Assembly: GCA_043228905.1 (NCBI GenBank)
Contig: JBHGNT010000010.1
Span: forward strand, 10,664,001-10,728,000
Direction: 5' to 3'
From: Azolla caroliniana
Lineage: Eukaryota > Plantae > Polypodiophyta
Length of the DNA stretch: 64,000 nucleotides
A program made the position numbers and the translations under genes. Under the pieces are notes generated by a model. That model was given only the letters and a program-made list of their open reading frames with translations. It made no database searches and was not told the DNA's origin. Of the stretch, positions 34,401 to 43,815 are shown one piece after another. The stretch's first letter is position 1. Each line of letters starts with the position of its first letter.

Positions 34401-35559
34401 AGGGAAGGAGCACCTGGTATGCCGGTTGAAGAAGAGCCTTTACGGACTGAAGCAGGCTCCCCGGCAATGGTACCGGAAGTTTGACTCCTTCATGAGCGAC
34501 GAAGGGTACCTCAAAACGCAGTCCGACCACTGCGTGTTTGTGAAGAAGTTCGAAGGAGGAGACTTTCTAATACTCCTCCTGTACGTGGACGACATGTTGA
34601 TCGTCGGACGGGACCAGGTCAAGATACGGATGCTGAAGAAGGCTCTTCACCGAACCTTCTCAATGAAGGACTTGGGTCCGGCGAGACAAATACTAGGGAT
34701 GCACATTATCCGGGACCGGAGCAAGAAGCAGTTGTGGCTGTCACAAGAGAAGTACGTGACAAAGGTGCTTCAACGGTTCAACATGTCGGAAGCAAGACCG
34801 GTCGAATCGACCCTCCCGACAAACTGCAAGCTGTCCAGCAAGCAAAGTCCCAAGACAAAGGCTGAAAAGGAGGATATGATGAAAGTGCCGTATGCCTCAA
34901 CCGTCGGGAGCTTGATGTACGCCATGGTGTGTACGAGACCGGACATCGGATATGCAGTCGGAGTGGTGAGCCGGTACATGAGCAATCCCGGCAAAGAGCA
35001 TTGGAACGCGGCCAAGTGGATACTCCGATACCTGAAGGGCACGGCAAACGTGTGCCTCCGATTCGGCTCCGGAAAGCCCGAACTCGACGGCTTTACCGAT
35101 TCGGATATGTCGGCTGATGCAGATACCAGCCGGTCCACATCAGGGTATGTGATGACGTATGCAGGGGGAGCTGTTTCATGGCAGTCGAGGCTGCAGAAGA
35201 CGGTTGCGCTGTCAACCACGGAGGCGGAGTACATGGCGGCTGTTGAAGCCGGCAAGGAAATAATATGGATGAAGGACTTCATTAGAGAGCTCGGTATCCG
35301 ACAGGAGGAGTACCGACTCTACTGCGACAGTCAGAGTGCAATCCACCTTGCGAAGAACGCGGCCTATCACTCCCGGACGAAGCACATCCAGCGAAGATAT
35401 CACTGGATCCGGGAAAGGATAGAAGACAAGGAGTTCGTGCTGACAAAGATCCACACGGACGAGAACGGGTCGGATATGCTGACCAAGGTCCTCACACCCG
35501 ACAAGCTGGAAGCATGCCGGAAGAGGATCGGATTGGAGAGACATCCCATGCCGAAGTGA
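31483..35559 (+). CDS. Copia F Gag-PR-INT-RT-RH polyprotein (1358 aa)
   Basis: ATG at 31483; all Copia motifs present and uninterrupted. Confidence 0.96.
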   Translation: MEGGGSGQPGMMVLNAQNYADWKIKMEDLLIVQDLYEPIDRSEIPKGVLESEWKLLNRKAVATIRQYVDVSVLQHVANDTNAYEMWKKLSGLYERKNALNRTSLMRKIVNLKYRDGESMVEHVSTFMGFVNQLAAIKFPLEDAMQAIILMCTLPESWENLVVTLSTSCTEDNLSLQTVKTSILNEEARRRDKEPASDPKMLFTESDRERQWNRSPQRREKSGTRSQSRGRPTCFHCGKPGHFRKNCRHYRKDNGTDNTDSKKSPERNGAYRGATDRNGSDRRGQDRKGTTALAASEEEIMLITEEGELNIAGDETTWVVDSGASFHLTPERRYFSSYTAGEHGCVRMGNEGTCRIAGIGDVWFTTPTGCKMLLKNVRHVPEVRLNLISAGRLDDEGYTGSIRNGVMKFSKGSLIVARARKVNTLYLMNARLCPEELNVAADTAGELWHKRLCHMTEKGMKRLAEDNLIPVKHVHLEKCTDCLAGKQNRTSFHSRPPTRCSAPLELVHTDVCQVETKSHGGAQYFVTFIDDHSRRLWTAPLKTKDQVLCVFKELHARVERESGKKLKAIRADNGGEYRGQFQEYCRSKGIRLEFTVPKTPELNGLAERMNRTIMERVRSMLAHAKLPKGFWAEAMSTATYVINQSPSVPLDGDTPQRVWTGREVSYRHLKVFGCLAYVHVAKDRRGKLDPKTRPCIFLGYGNDEFGYRVWDPVDKKIFRSRDIVFMEDKTLANWESEKKMKSSKSTGEDKLYEEQSRPARDRLALEDPAEDGEETEPAEEDENDTGTGPDPEMNSDEEEESEEPVTEAPKRRYPQRERRAPRRFPEPEHVLLTDEGEPESFEEAKHDTQSRRWLSAMQDEMDSLHENHTYELVELPKGKRALRNKWVFKLKPGDAGKPPRYKARIVVKGFQQKKGVDFDEIFAPVVKMTSIRTVLSIAASMDLEVEQMDVKTAFLHGDLDEEIYMQQPEGFEKKGKEHLVCRLKKSLYGLKQAPRQWYRKFDSFMSDEGYLKTQSDHCVFVKKFEGGDFLILLLYVDDMLIVGRDQVKIRMLKKALHRTFSMKDLGPARQILGMHIIRDRSKKQLWLSQEKYVTKVLQRFNMSEARPVESTLPTNCKLSSKQSPKTKAEKEDMMKVPYASTVGSLMYAMVCTRPDIGYAVGVVSRYMSNPGKEHWNAAKWILRYLKGTANVCLRFGSGKPELDGFTDSDMSADADTSRSTSGYVMTYAGGAVSWQSRLQKTVALSTTEAEYMAAVEAGKEIIWMKDFIRELGIRQEEYRLYCDSQSAIHLAKNAAYHSRTKHIQRRYHWIRERIEDKEFVLTKIHTDENGSDMLTKVLTPDKLEACRKRIGLERHPMPK

Positions 35560-35569
35560 AGGGGGAGTT

Positions 35570-36184
35570 TGTTGGGATTACGGTCCCTTCTCATGGGATG
35601 GTCGGATATCGGAGATGAATGCCGACAAGCCCGGTTTCGGTTTCGGATCCGGATGACGAAGACCCCGGTTTCGGTACCGGATGACGAATGTACCCGGAGA
35701 GCGATCCGGATGCAGGGACATATCCGTGAATATGTTCGCTATGGGCCCCTGAGGCTACAGTTGTAAATAGCCCAAAGTCATATAAGTATAAATATGACTT
35801 AGGGCAAACAGTTTTGTTGTTGCTTCTCATTTTTCTGTTTTTCCACTCAAGAGGAGTGAAGTGTAAGCAGCCGTGAGAGAGAGAGAGAGAGAGATAGAGC
35901 GCGAGAGAGGAAGAGGTAGACGCCTCTGTGTATTTCCGCCGCCTGTGGCGAGGACAGCGAGCTCAAGGTCGTCGCCTTGCAGCTCGCCATTGTATACTTC
36001 TCTGTATAGTGTTGGGTTGGAGTCTTGTACTCCCGTGGTTTTTCCCGTCTGGGTTTTCCACGTTAATCCCTGTGTACTCGCGTTTTTGTTTTTTTCGTGT
36101 GGTTCCTATTTTCTGCTGCATTGATCCGCGATTACTCGGTTGTGGCCGAGAGAAGAAGGTGAATCGAAGCGTTGATTCTCGACA
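35570..36184 (+). repeat. 3' LTR of F
   Basis: Direct repeat of 30839-31453. Confidence 0.96.
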
Positions 36185-36506
36185 GTGCCAACTCGGGCCG
36201 TCGGTTCCGACTCGAGCCCTCGACCGAAGTCCGCGATGACTTCGTACATTTCTTCGGAACATACCGGTATCGTCCGGTCTTCGTTAAGGTCTTCTTCGAC
36301 TACCTTCCCCAGCATTCCCAAGGTGTCGTCGAAGGAGACTGCCTCCACGGCTCCGTTGATTTCTTCGTCAGGGCCGAGAACTCCGCACGCCCGAAGTCTC
36401 CCCTCCGTCTTTGTTTTCTCTCGGCCGGCGATGCCGACCATCGTACATGCTCCGCTGTCGGAGAAGCAAAGTTTCCTACCTATTGTACACGGCTTTATCG
36501 TACAGA

Positions 36507-36573
36507 TGTGGGGTTTTCCCGGAGCATCCGGACTGTCGCGGCCCCACGCCTTGGCAGTCCTCTCTAAAAATCC
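36507..36573 (-). promoter_or_regulatory. Putative -1 ribosomal frameshift signal (GGAUUUU-UAG plus pseudoknot) of D; counterpart in G at 14746-14810
   Basis: The -1 frame is open from the heptamer into pol; stems GGACUG/CAGUCC and GUGGGG/CCCCAC. Confidence 0.75.
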
Positions 36574-38690
36574 TCTCGGTTTTCGGAACCGAGGGAGTCG
36601 CGGTTACGTTCGTGGTTCGGCCTTACCGTCAGAAACTGGACCGAATGGCGCCCGTCTTGGCTTTTGACCCTCGCGTAGGCCGAACCATTGTCCAGCACCT
36701 TGGTCTCCATTCGCGCCGCCGTGATGTACGGCTCTCCCAGTATGACCGGATGCGAAGACGTCTCCTGCACGAAGAAGTGCTGGTCAATCTCGACGTCGCC
36801 GATCTTGACTCGCACATTCGGACAGGCCCCGTGCAGTTCCTCGGTGGCGCGCGTTGCTGCCCTTATTTTCCACCCGTGCTTGGTGTTGATCGGCCATTTG
36901 CCCTTCTTATAGAAGTCCATGGACATCAAATTGATCTCCGACCCGTGGTCCACCAAAGCTATCACCGGTTCCTGGACATCGCCGATCTTCACCGGGGTTT
37001 CCGTGGTCGCTCGGGCCCAGTGTGGTCTCGAATAGTGGCTTTCCGCCCACTCGTCTCCCAGCGCCATGTCGTCTAGGTGCGTCGTCCGCACTTCCACCGG
37101 TCTTTCCGGTTCTGTCTCCGTTGACAGCCTCTTCCGTTTCACCAAGTCCACGATGGAGTCGTGGAACTCCTTCTTGGCGATTCCCAGCACCTCTCGTAAC
37201 GACAGCTCCACCTTGCTGTCGAGGATCCGTTCCTCCAGGACCTTTCGCAAGTCCGTGGTCCTTTCTATCTCCGTCCCCAGACGGTACCCGCCCTTCTGGG
37301 GTTTATCTTGCGTACCGGCCCCGCCGGCTTCGTCCCTTCGTGGCCCGGACCGGGTCTCGTATCGTTGTGAGGGCCCGGTCGTCCCGGGTTTCCCCACCCG
37401 CTTCTCTTCTACCAGAGCCTCGTAGTTCTGGCAAGCGGCTTCCACGAAGCCCGTCTTTTCCTCGACCGGGTCGCTCCACCCGGTCATCTCCCGTACCCGT
37501 TTCTCCGCACGGACCGATTCCTCCCCTTTAAGCCTTGCACCGGCAAGGCCTTCCAGCATCGTCGGCCAGAATCCGGCTTTGCTTTCCCTTCGGGCCTCGC
37601 CGCCCCCGACTCGAATGCCGGCCGACGCCGAGTAGTGGACGGTTTCCGCGTGTCGGGCCGCCGCCTCTTCCATCAACCCTTTCATACCACCTCGCCCGTC
37701 ATTTCGGCTCAGGGCCCTTCGGGTGTCGCTGGCATGCACCCGCCCTTCCCAGAGGTACACCACCTTGTCCCTCAGCGCCTCCGCGAAGTCGCCGCAGTCC
37801 TTCCGAATGTGGCCGACTTCATCGCACCACATGCACCTGTTTCCTGCCGCCGGCCGTCGGTCACGAGCCGGTTCGCCACCCTCCCTTCGGGCTTGCGCGA
37901 TTTGGAGGTCCTTTATCGCCCTCGTCAATTCCTCCAGCGCCGCTCCTCCGGTTGAGCCTCTAACTACGCCGGTCGAAGCCGAACCGGTTTCCAACCACTC
38001 TCGGGTCTCTTCCTTTCGCACCTGTGGCGCTGGTTCGAGCTTCCTTGCTGCGACCGAGCCCGACCCGGTTGCCCCGTTATCCGCCCATTCTCGCCGTTTG
38101 TCGAAACGGCCACAAACTTTCTTGACAGCCGCCCAGTCGGTAGTGAGCCCGTCTTCGGTTTCCAGCAAGAGGCCCACTTGCTCCCGATCCCGCTCGTCGA
38201 CCGACTTGACAAACAGCAAGACCCGGCTCGTGTCCAGGATGGTTCGGTCGAGCGCCGAAAGGCGCGCAAAGTTTTCCTCGAACTCCCGGAGGAGTGCCGA
38301 CGCGTTTCTTCCCTTCCCCGGGGACTCCACCCATTCCATGAACCTTCGCTTCGAAAGCCGGAGCGCGTCGTCCAGCCCGTATTTCTCTAGGAGCCGACCT
38401 TCGAACTCCTCCCAGGTACGGCTCTCCGCCCGTACCTCGAGCACCTCCGCATGGATGCTCGGCATCGCCACTCGGGGAAATCCGGCAAGACGCCTTTCTT
38501 CCGGAATGTCCCGCATCAGCATCTCTACACCGTAGGACGCCAAATACTTCGTGGCATCCTTCCCATCGAACCGGCCGATCGTGCCGACGACCGCCTCAAT
38601 AGCTCTGTCGAGGGCACCGGTGCCCTCGCGCGCGTTTACAATCCGATCCACGGCCGAAGCCATGGCCTCTGCAAGATCCGACCCCCTCAT
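36564..38690 (-). CDS. gag: Element D Gag-protease
   Basis: CMWCDEVGHIRKDC; VELSLREVLGIAKKEFH; ALVDHGSEIN; homologous to G Gag-PR; first ATG at 38690. Confidence 0.92.
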   Translation of the reverse strand: MRGSDLAEAMASAVDRIVNAREGTGALDRAIEAVVGTIGRFDGKDATKYLASYGVEMLMRDIPEERRLAGFPRVAMPSIHAEVLEVRAESRTWEEFEGRLLEKYGLDDALRLSKRRFMEWVESPGKGRNASALLREFEENFARLSALDRTILDTSRVLLFVKSVDERDREQVGLLLETEDGLTTDWAAVKKVCGRFDKRREWADNGATGSGSVAARKLEPAPQVRKEETREWLETGSASTGVVRGSTGGAALEELTRAIKDLQIAQARREGGEPARDRRPAAGNRCMWCDEVGHIRKDCGDFAEALRDKVVYLWEGRVHASDTRRALSRNDGRGGMKGLMEEAAARHAETVHYSASAGIRVGGGEARRESKAGFWPTMLEGLAGARLKGEESVRAEKRVREMTGWSDPVEEKTGFVEAACQNYEALVEEKRVGKPGTTGPSQRYETRSGPRRDEAGGAGTQDKPQKGGYRLGTEIERTTDLRKVLEERILDSKVELSLREVLGIAKKEFHDSIVDLVKRKRLSTETEPERPVEVRTTHLDDMALGDEWAESHYSRPHWARATTETPVKIGDVQEPVIALVDHGSEINLMSMDFYKKGKWPINTKHGWKIRAATRATEELHGACPNVRVKIGDVEIDQHFFVQETSSHPVILGEPYITAARMETKVLDNGSAYARVKSQDGRHSVQFLTVRPNHERNRDSLGSENREDF

Positions 38691-38734
38691 CTTCTGCTCT
38701 TCTGCCGCCTCCTTCACGTCGGGTTCACCAAAGA

Positions 38735-39526
38735 TGTCGAGATACTACGCAAGTGCGTGTGGAAACGAGGCGGGACCGCGGGGGTCTCGAACCAAAGAGC
38801 AAGCGAGGGAGGAGAAAGAGAGAGAACCGGCTACGCAGGACCGGGGATACACAGGGACACGGCCCTTCAGCACGGAAAACGCGAACAGACACCGACACAG
38901 ACAGATGCGAATGACTAAATATGTATATTAACAGAAATGGCTAACACGACTACAACCCTCGACGGGGCACAGGTTGCTTACAACCGAACAGGCCGGCGAA
39001 CATATGCCGATGCCTGCTCGCTTCGACGCACAAAAGGGGTAGCAAGTCGGAGGTGCTGCCGGAAGCTCTCGGGCGTTCCTCGAAACAGCGCGAGCCTCCT
39101 CGGAACCCTGCACAGAAGCTATGGAGCTCAAGAAGGAAGGAAACAGAGAGAGAAGCGTCCAGAAACGGTCCGACAGCACTTCGTCCTCTCTGCCCGAGAT
39201 CCCCCCCCCCGCAACAGCTCTTTCCTGCTCCTTATATATATCCGTCGAGCAGGCCGTCATGTCAGCTTTATTCCCTGTGCCCCTTTGGACAGGGATCCGC
39301 TCCGTTCTTCACGCATCCGCGTAGTTACGCCGCCGACTCGTACAGTTCGCGCGCGTGACCGAAAGGACTGTTCGCGCGGTCTTTGTCTCCACTCGTGTTA
39401 GGGCCCGTTCCTGCCGGTTATCCTCCTAATTCGCTTCTATGTACAACTTGAAACGTGCGCGCGTGAAGAACCGGTTCCCACGCCTCGGTGCGCCGATTCC
39501 GCTTAGGGACGGTTTTCTTCACGACA
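38735..39526 (-). repeat. 5' LTR of D
   Basis: Adjacent to the tRNA-Trp PBS. Confidence 0.96.
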
Positions 39527-40469
39527 ACGTAGATAGATTCCTTGGAGTTAGTGTCAATCGCTCATATGAGTATTGAAGTACGTGTCAATACTTATGTCAG
39601 TCCTTTTAAGGACTTATATAAAAGGTGTTTTGTAGGATTTTTGTGTAGATAGTGTTATTATTTTGAATTGAGTTCATGCTATTCTGCTCTCTCTATCTCT
39701 CCCGTGTAGTGTGTACTCTTAAGCTTCCATTAAACCTTCATTTCTGTTTAACTGTTGTTATCCGACTGAGCCGGTTTATCTAGCTTCCGTTGTCGTGCCT
39801 TTCGGCGCTAGATCGTTGCGTGAGTCGGGTGGGAACCGCTAGGGTTTTGGACTAGGAAGGGGAAGAATTTGAGACAAGTTTATAGTTATGGATAGATTAT
39901 TAGAAAGAGAGATAGAAATCTCGTGAATCCCACGAGTGTATTGTATTCGATTAATCAATATTTAGATAAGAATATGTATTTAGATTGAAAGAAAGAGATT
40001 AAAAAGAACTTGTGAATCCCACAAGTATAGATTATTTCGTGAATCCCACGCATATATTAATTGGAGTCTTTTAGAAATATATCCAATTTCCAAATATTTC
40101 ACACACCTATTACATTGTGCTCCTCATCCTCATATAGTGATGAGAGAGTCTTAACAATCCATGCTTTTTCTATAGATAGACTCTATGCTTTTTCTAAAGT
40201 GATCCTACTTTTTCTAATTTTGATGCGTTTTTATCGATTATGGTGTTCATGCATGCTACATGTGCATGCATAGCTTTTTCTTTTATCATGCGTTTTCTTC
40301 TAACTAAAGTTTATCCTAGTGTGCAGCTACCTTTCTATGTGGGACGTCTACTTTTTTAACACTAATGATATGTTAGTGTAATGGTAAGGCTTTACATTAT
40401 AAACATGGAGGTGCAAGGTTTGAATCTTGCCCTATGCATGTAGTACATATTTTTATACTTTCTTCTATT

Positions 40470-40725
40470 TACAAATATGTCTCTTCATCTGGTGAGAGAC
40501 TCTCACCGGCCTTCTTCATCCGGTTCTCACCGGGTCCCCTTACCGGGTCTGGTCCTTACCGGTTCTCTTTATTCGGTTCTTACTGGGTCCTCCTTGCCGG
40601 TTCCTCCTTCATCCGGTGAGACCGGTTCTTCTTTACTGATTCCTCCTTCATCCAGTTCTCACCGGTTCTTCTTTACCAATTCCTCCTTGTCCCATCCGGA
40701 GGGACAAAAAATGCAATTTTCTCAT
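40470..40725 (-). repeat. Probable LTR (U3) remnant of a Copia related to E/F, with accggttct-type tandem repeats
   Basis: acaaatatgtc and cccatccggagggac match the flanks of the tandem array in the E LTR. Confidence 0.45.
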
Positions 40726-41203
40726 AGTGTGCGAATTACACTCCGACACCGCATATTAACTTTTACACATATGGTCCATCATCATGTGTGAAATATCTTT
40801 ACTCGATGCCACGACCTTCCTCCCTTACAATTCTTTCACGTCAAGTTCACCAAAGAGGTCACGAAATTACCCGCATTCATGTGAAATGCGAGTGGGACCA
40901 CCATGGACTTGAACTTGTTTCGGGCAAAGTTGATTACTCTCCATCATCACTTGTGCCCTAGAGCCCCATCTTACATCTTAGTGGTGTGAGCTAAGACACA
41001 TGGAAGCAATAGTTTGGTTGACCAACAATGGGATGGGCTATAACATGTATTAATTTGTGTGGTTTCTTGGTTCGGTGAAGAATATGGTTTTGTATTTGGT
41101 TGCAACATATGTAGTATAATGTATGAAGTGTGAGCCCATACATTTCTGTGATGCCATGATACATTGCATTGTAAAAGGAATCAAGTGATGCATCATAAAG
41201 CAA

Positions 41204-41381
41204 GTGTTTCAAACCATTTTTCCATATCTTTATTGAAGTGGAACACAAAATTTTCCTTTTTTGTGGCTTTTAGATCTTTTTGCTTGCATCCCATGTTTCA
41301 AACAATTTTTCCATATCTTTTATTGAAGTGGAATACAAAATTTTCTTTTTTTGTGTCTTTTGGATCTTTTCGCTTGCTTCA
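41204..41381. repeat. Two-unit tandem duplication (~89 bp)
   Basis: tgtttcaaac...ttgcttgc occurs twice. Confidence 0.8.
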
Positions 41382-41499
41382 CATACATTTGTAAGAAGTC
41401 TATGTGATGGAAATTTTTTAACATTAAGCATGTATCTGACAACCCTTTCCATGGCCATGATCTCAATTGGAAGTGGTCAGGTATCAAGAAATAAGAGGG

Positions 41500-42330
41500 T
41501 GTATGACGTTTGTTTATTGATTTGGAGAAACTTTGTAAGAAAATGATTTTAGACTTTTTCAAACTCTTGCACACCATAGAGAAGCATCAAGTCACCAAAT
41601 TGCCTAGCAGGTATTTATTGAGGACCCAACACTTAATTATCCACGATTGCACGTATTCTAAAATGCATAATATGCTCTTTTTCATGCCTCTAAGCTCCAT
41701 GTAGGACATTCATTCCATCTATGATTTGAAGCAACCTCAAAGCCAAGGCATATAAAGTTTTCCATAGTTTGAAGTGGCTAGCTAACGTACGTAATGCATG
41801 GTTTATCTAGTTTTTTCTCTTCACGGCCGTAATATTTGTTTTAGAGTTGTTGACACTTCACTTAATTGGCATGCAAAACTCTTCTAATGCCTTCATAAGC
41901 TTTTGTTCATCCCCTAAAGTATTTGCAAAAAGCACTACATCATCCACAAACAATAAAAGCATGATGAATGCATTCTTAATGATAATTTTTCCAACAACTT
42001 TACAAACATGACAACCATTTCTCTAATTAATCAATGCATACATCAAATAGAGCTAGTGAGAATGAGCATCCTTGTTTAATACTAGTAGTGTTATTGAAAA
42101 AATGTCAAATTTCATTGCCCATATGGACACAATATATAACCTTCTTATAAATTTAGGAAATTACATGTGTATATTCACTTGGCACCCCAAGTTCTTCAAT
42201 TCACCTCCAAAGATACCCACAAGTTACCATATCAAAAGCTTTGTTCGAGTCTACAAAGCAACAATATAAACCTTGTGAAATAATCAATCCTCCCAAAGCG
42301 TTGAATTTAACTACCAATGTGAAATTATTT
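41500..42330 (-). pseudogene. Heavily decayed RTE-like LINE reverse transcriptase remnant (boundaries approximate)
   Basis: Minus strand near 41880-41970 reads IMLLLFVDDVVLFANTLGDEQKLMKALEEFC. Confidence 0.55.
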
Positions 42331-43008
42331 AATGAAAACGTGCATGTCATTTATAGTATGCATACATATTTTGACCTAGTTGTGCCCACTGTATAGTGAA
42401 ATATGTCGAAGATTATGCAAGATGAATCTATGAGTTGCATGCTCTTATCATCTGCAACATGCAATATATCCATCATGTTGTGTTAAAAAGCCATCACTAT
42501 TATTCTTCAGCCAACATCAATGTTGAATTTTTCATATTAAAGTGATTTCACATGAGCATGCCACTTGTTGTCATCCACTCATTGAGAGTTGGGATACCAT
42601 GGTAACCCAAATCAATTGAGCAACAGTGTACCACTTAAGACTATTTACCTTCACTAGTTAGACATCCAATAAAGGATTTTATATGGGTCTCACATAAAGA
42701 ACATCATACACAAGTAAGAAAATCGCCAACCTATTGATACAAAGGTGGATAACATATATACATGGAATCACAAAGAGAACTTGACCAAACGGGTTGGATA
42801 TGACCATATTATTTTATGCAAGGAATAGGGACCCCATTGATGTGTACTTGCATAGGGAAACAAGTGACCACCTAATAAAACAAAATTGAAATTAATAGTG
42901 GGACTATTGGTTCCAAAATATGCTTTGTTAAGTTGTATTCTATCATAAAAACGTCCTCTAAAGAACAACAAATTCAAAAAGAAGTTAAACATGATCAAAA
43001 GTCCCAAC

Positions 43009-43815
43009 CAAGGTTTTTAGGTACGTTAGGTACGGTATGGATACCATATGTATTTAATGTATTAATACCCGTATAGTACCTCCCAATTTAAAAATACATT
43101 AAATACGTTTTCTTAATATGTTAAATACTTATAAAATACGTTAAATACGTATTTTACGTATAGTACGTTAAATACTTCTAGAATTTGAAAATTATTTACC
43201 TTTCTAAAAAATATCTATAATATTGTAAAAAACATCTATGTTTACACAATTTTGTGATGTACAATATTGTTCAACATCCTAAAATACTTGTAGTAATATA
43301 GATGTTGACATTCCCTTATTCTATAAATCAGTGTAAGTGTGTATCACGATGTTCTACTTCAAATTGTAATTATTTACAATTATGCCTTCATAGATTGAGG
43401 AATCGTCTACGATTATCACACTCATGATAGGTTTCTCTTTTCTTCGTTTTCTTCTACTTCTTCTATCTACTGCGATTATCACACTCAGGGTAGGTTTATG
43501 TCTTCTTTTCTCTCTTCTTCTTCTTCTTCTTCTTCATCATCTTCTTCATCGTCGTCTCTTCTATTCTTCTATTCTTCTTTCCTTTGGCTTCTTTTTCACT
43601 AAAATCTTTTTTCTCTTTAGCTTTTTGTTAGGGTTTTACTTACATTTTCTTTATAAATACGTATTATACCTATTTTTTTAGAAATACGTTAAATACCGTA
43701 TTGGACAAATGTACATGATATTTAACTGAACAACATTCAGGTATAATACGTACTATACAAATGATGAGGTACTATATGTATTTAAACGTTAAATACGGGT
43801 ACGTAAACAACCATG
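43009..43815. mobile_element. Non-autonomous hAT-type DNA transposon (807 bp)
   Basis: Perfect 8-bp TSD GTCCCAAC (43001-43008, 43816-43823); termini CAAGGTT...AACCATG; subterminal AAATACG/CGTA repeats. Confidence 0.85.

Larger units (their letters stand above)
30839..36184 (+). mobile_element. Element F: intact Ty1/Copia, Tork (Tnt1-like), 5346 bp
   Basis: 615-bp LTRs 30839-31453 and 35570-36184 (1 mismatch seen); TSD GTGCC; iMet PBS 31457-31468; PPT tgaagggggagtt; single intact ORF. Confidence 0.98.
26871..39526 (-). mobile_element. Element D: GC-rich Phygy-like Gypsy (same family as A), full length, interrupted by Copia F
   Basis: 792-bp LTRs 26871-27662 and 38735-39526 (~2 mismatches); 4-bp TSD ACGT (26867-26870, 39527-39530); tRNA-Trp PBS 38713-38730; PPT ~27663-27676. 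Confidence 0.97.
24798..39729 (+). mobile_element. Element H (3' part): old Ty1/Copia at the base of the nest; its 3' LTR is split by Gypsy D
   Basis: Decayed RT/RH 24798-26080; PPT ttgagggggag 26715-26725; LTR starts TGTTG at 26726, breaks at 26870, resumes at 39531 (TATATAAA ~39615) and ends aagcttcca at ~39729. Confidence 0.75.

Noticed and set aside
37723-38535. Many 100-270 aa antisense or alternate-frame ORFs over A, D, E and F
   Set aside because: Shadow ORFs expected in GC-rich coding DNA; no motifs
43424-43681. Hydrophobic membrane-like ORF (also 50373-50690 and 63595-63951)
   Set aside because: Translation of CT-rich low-complexity sequence
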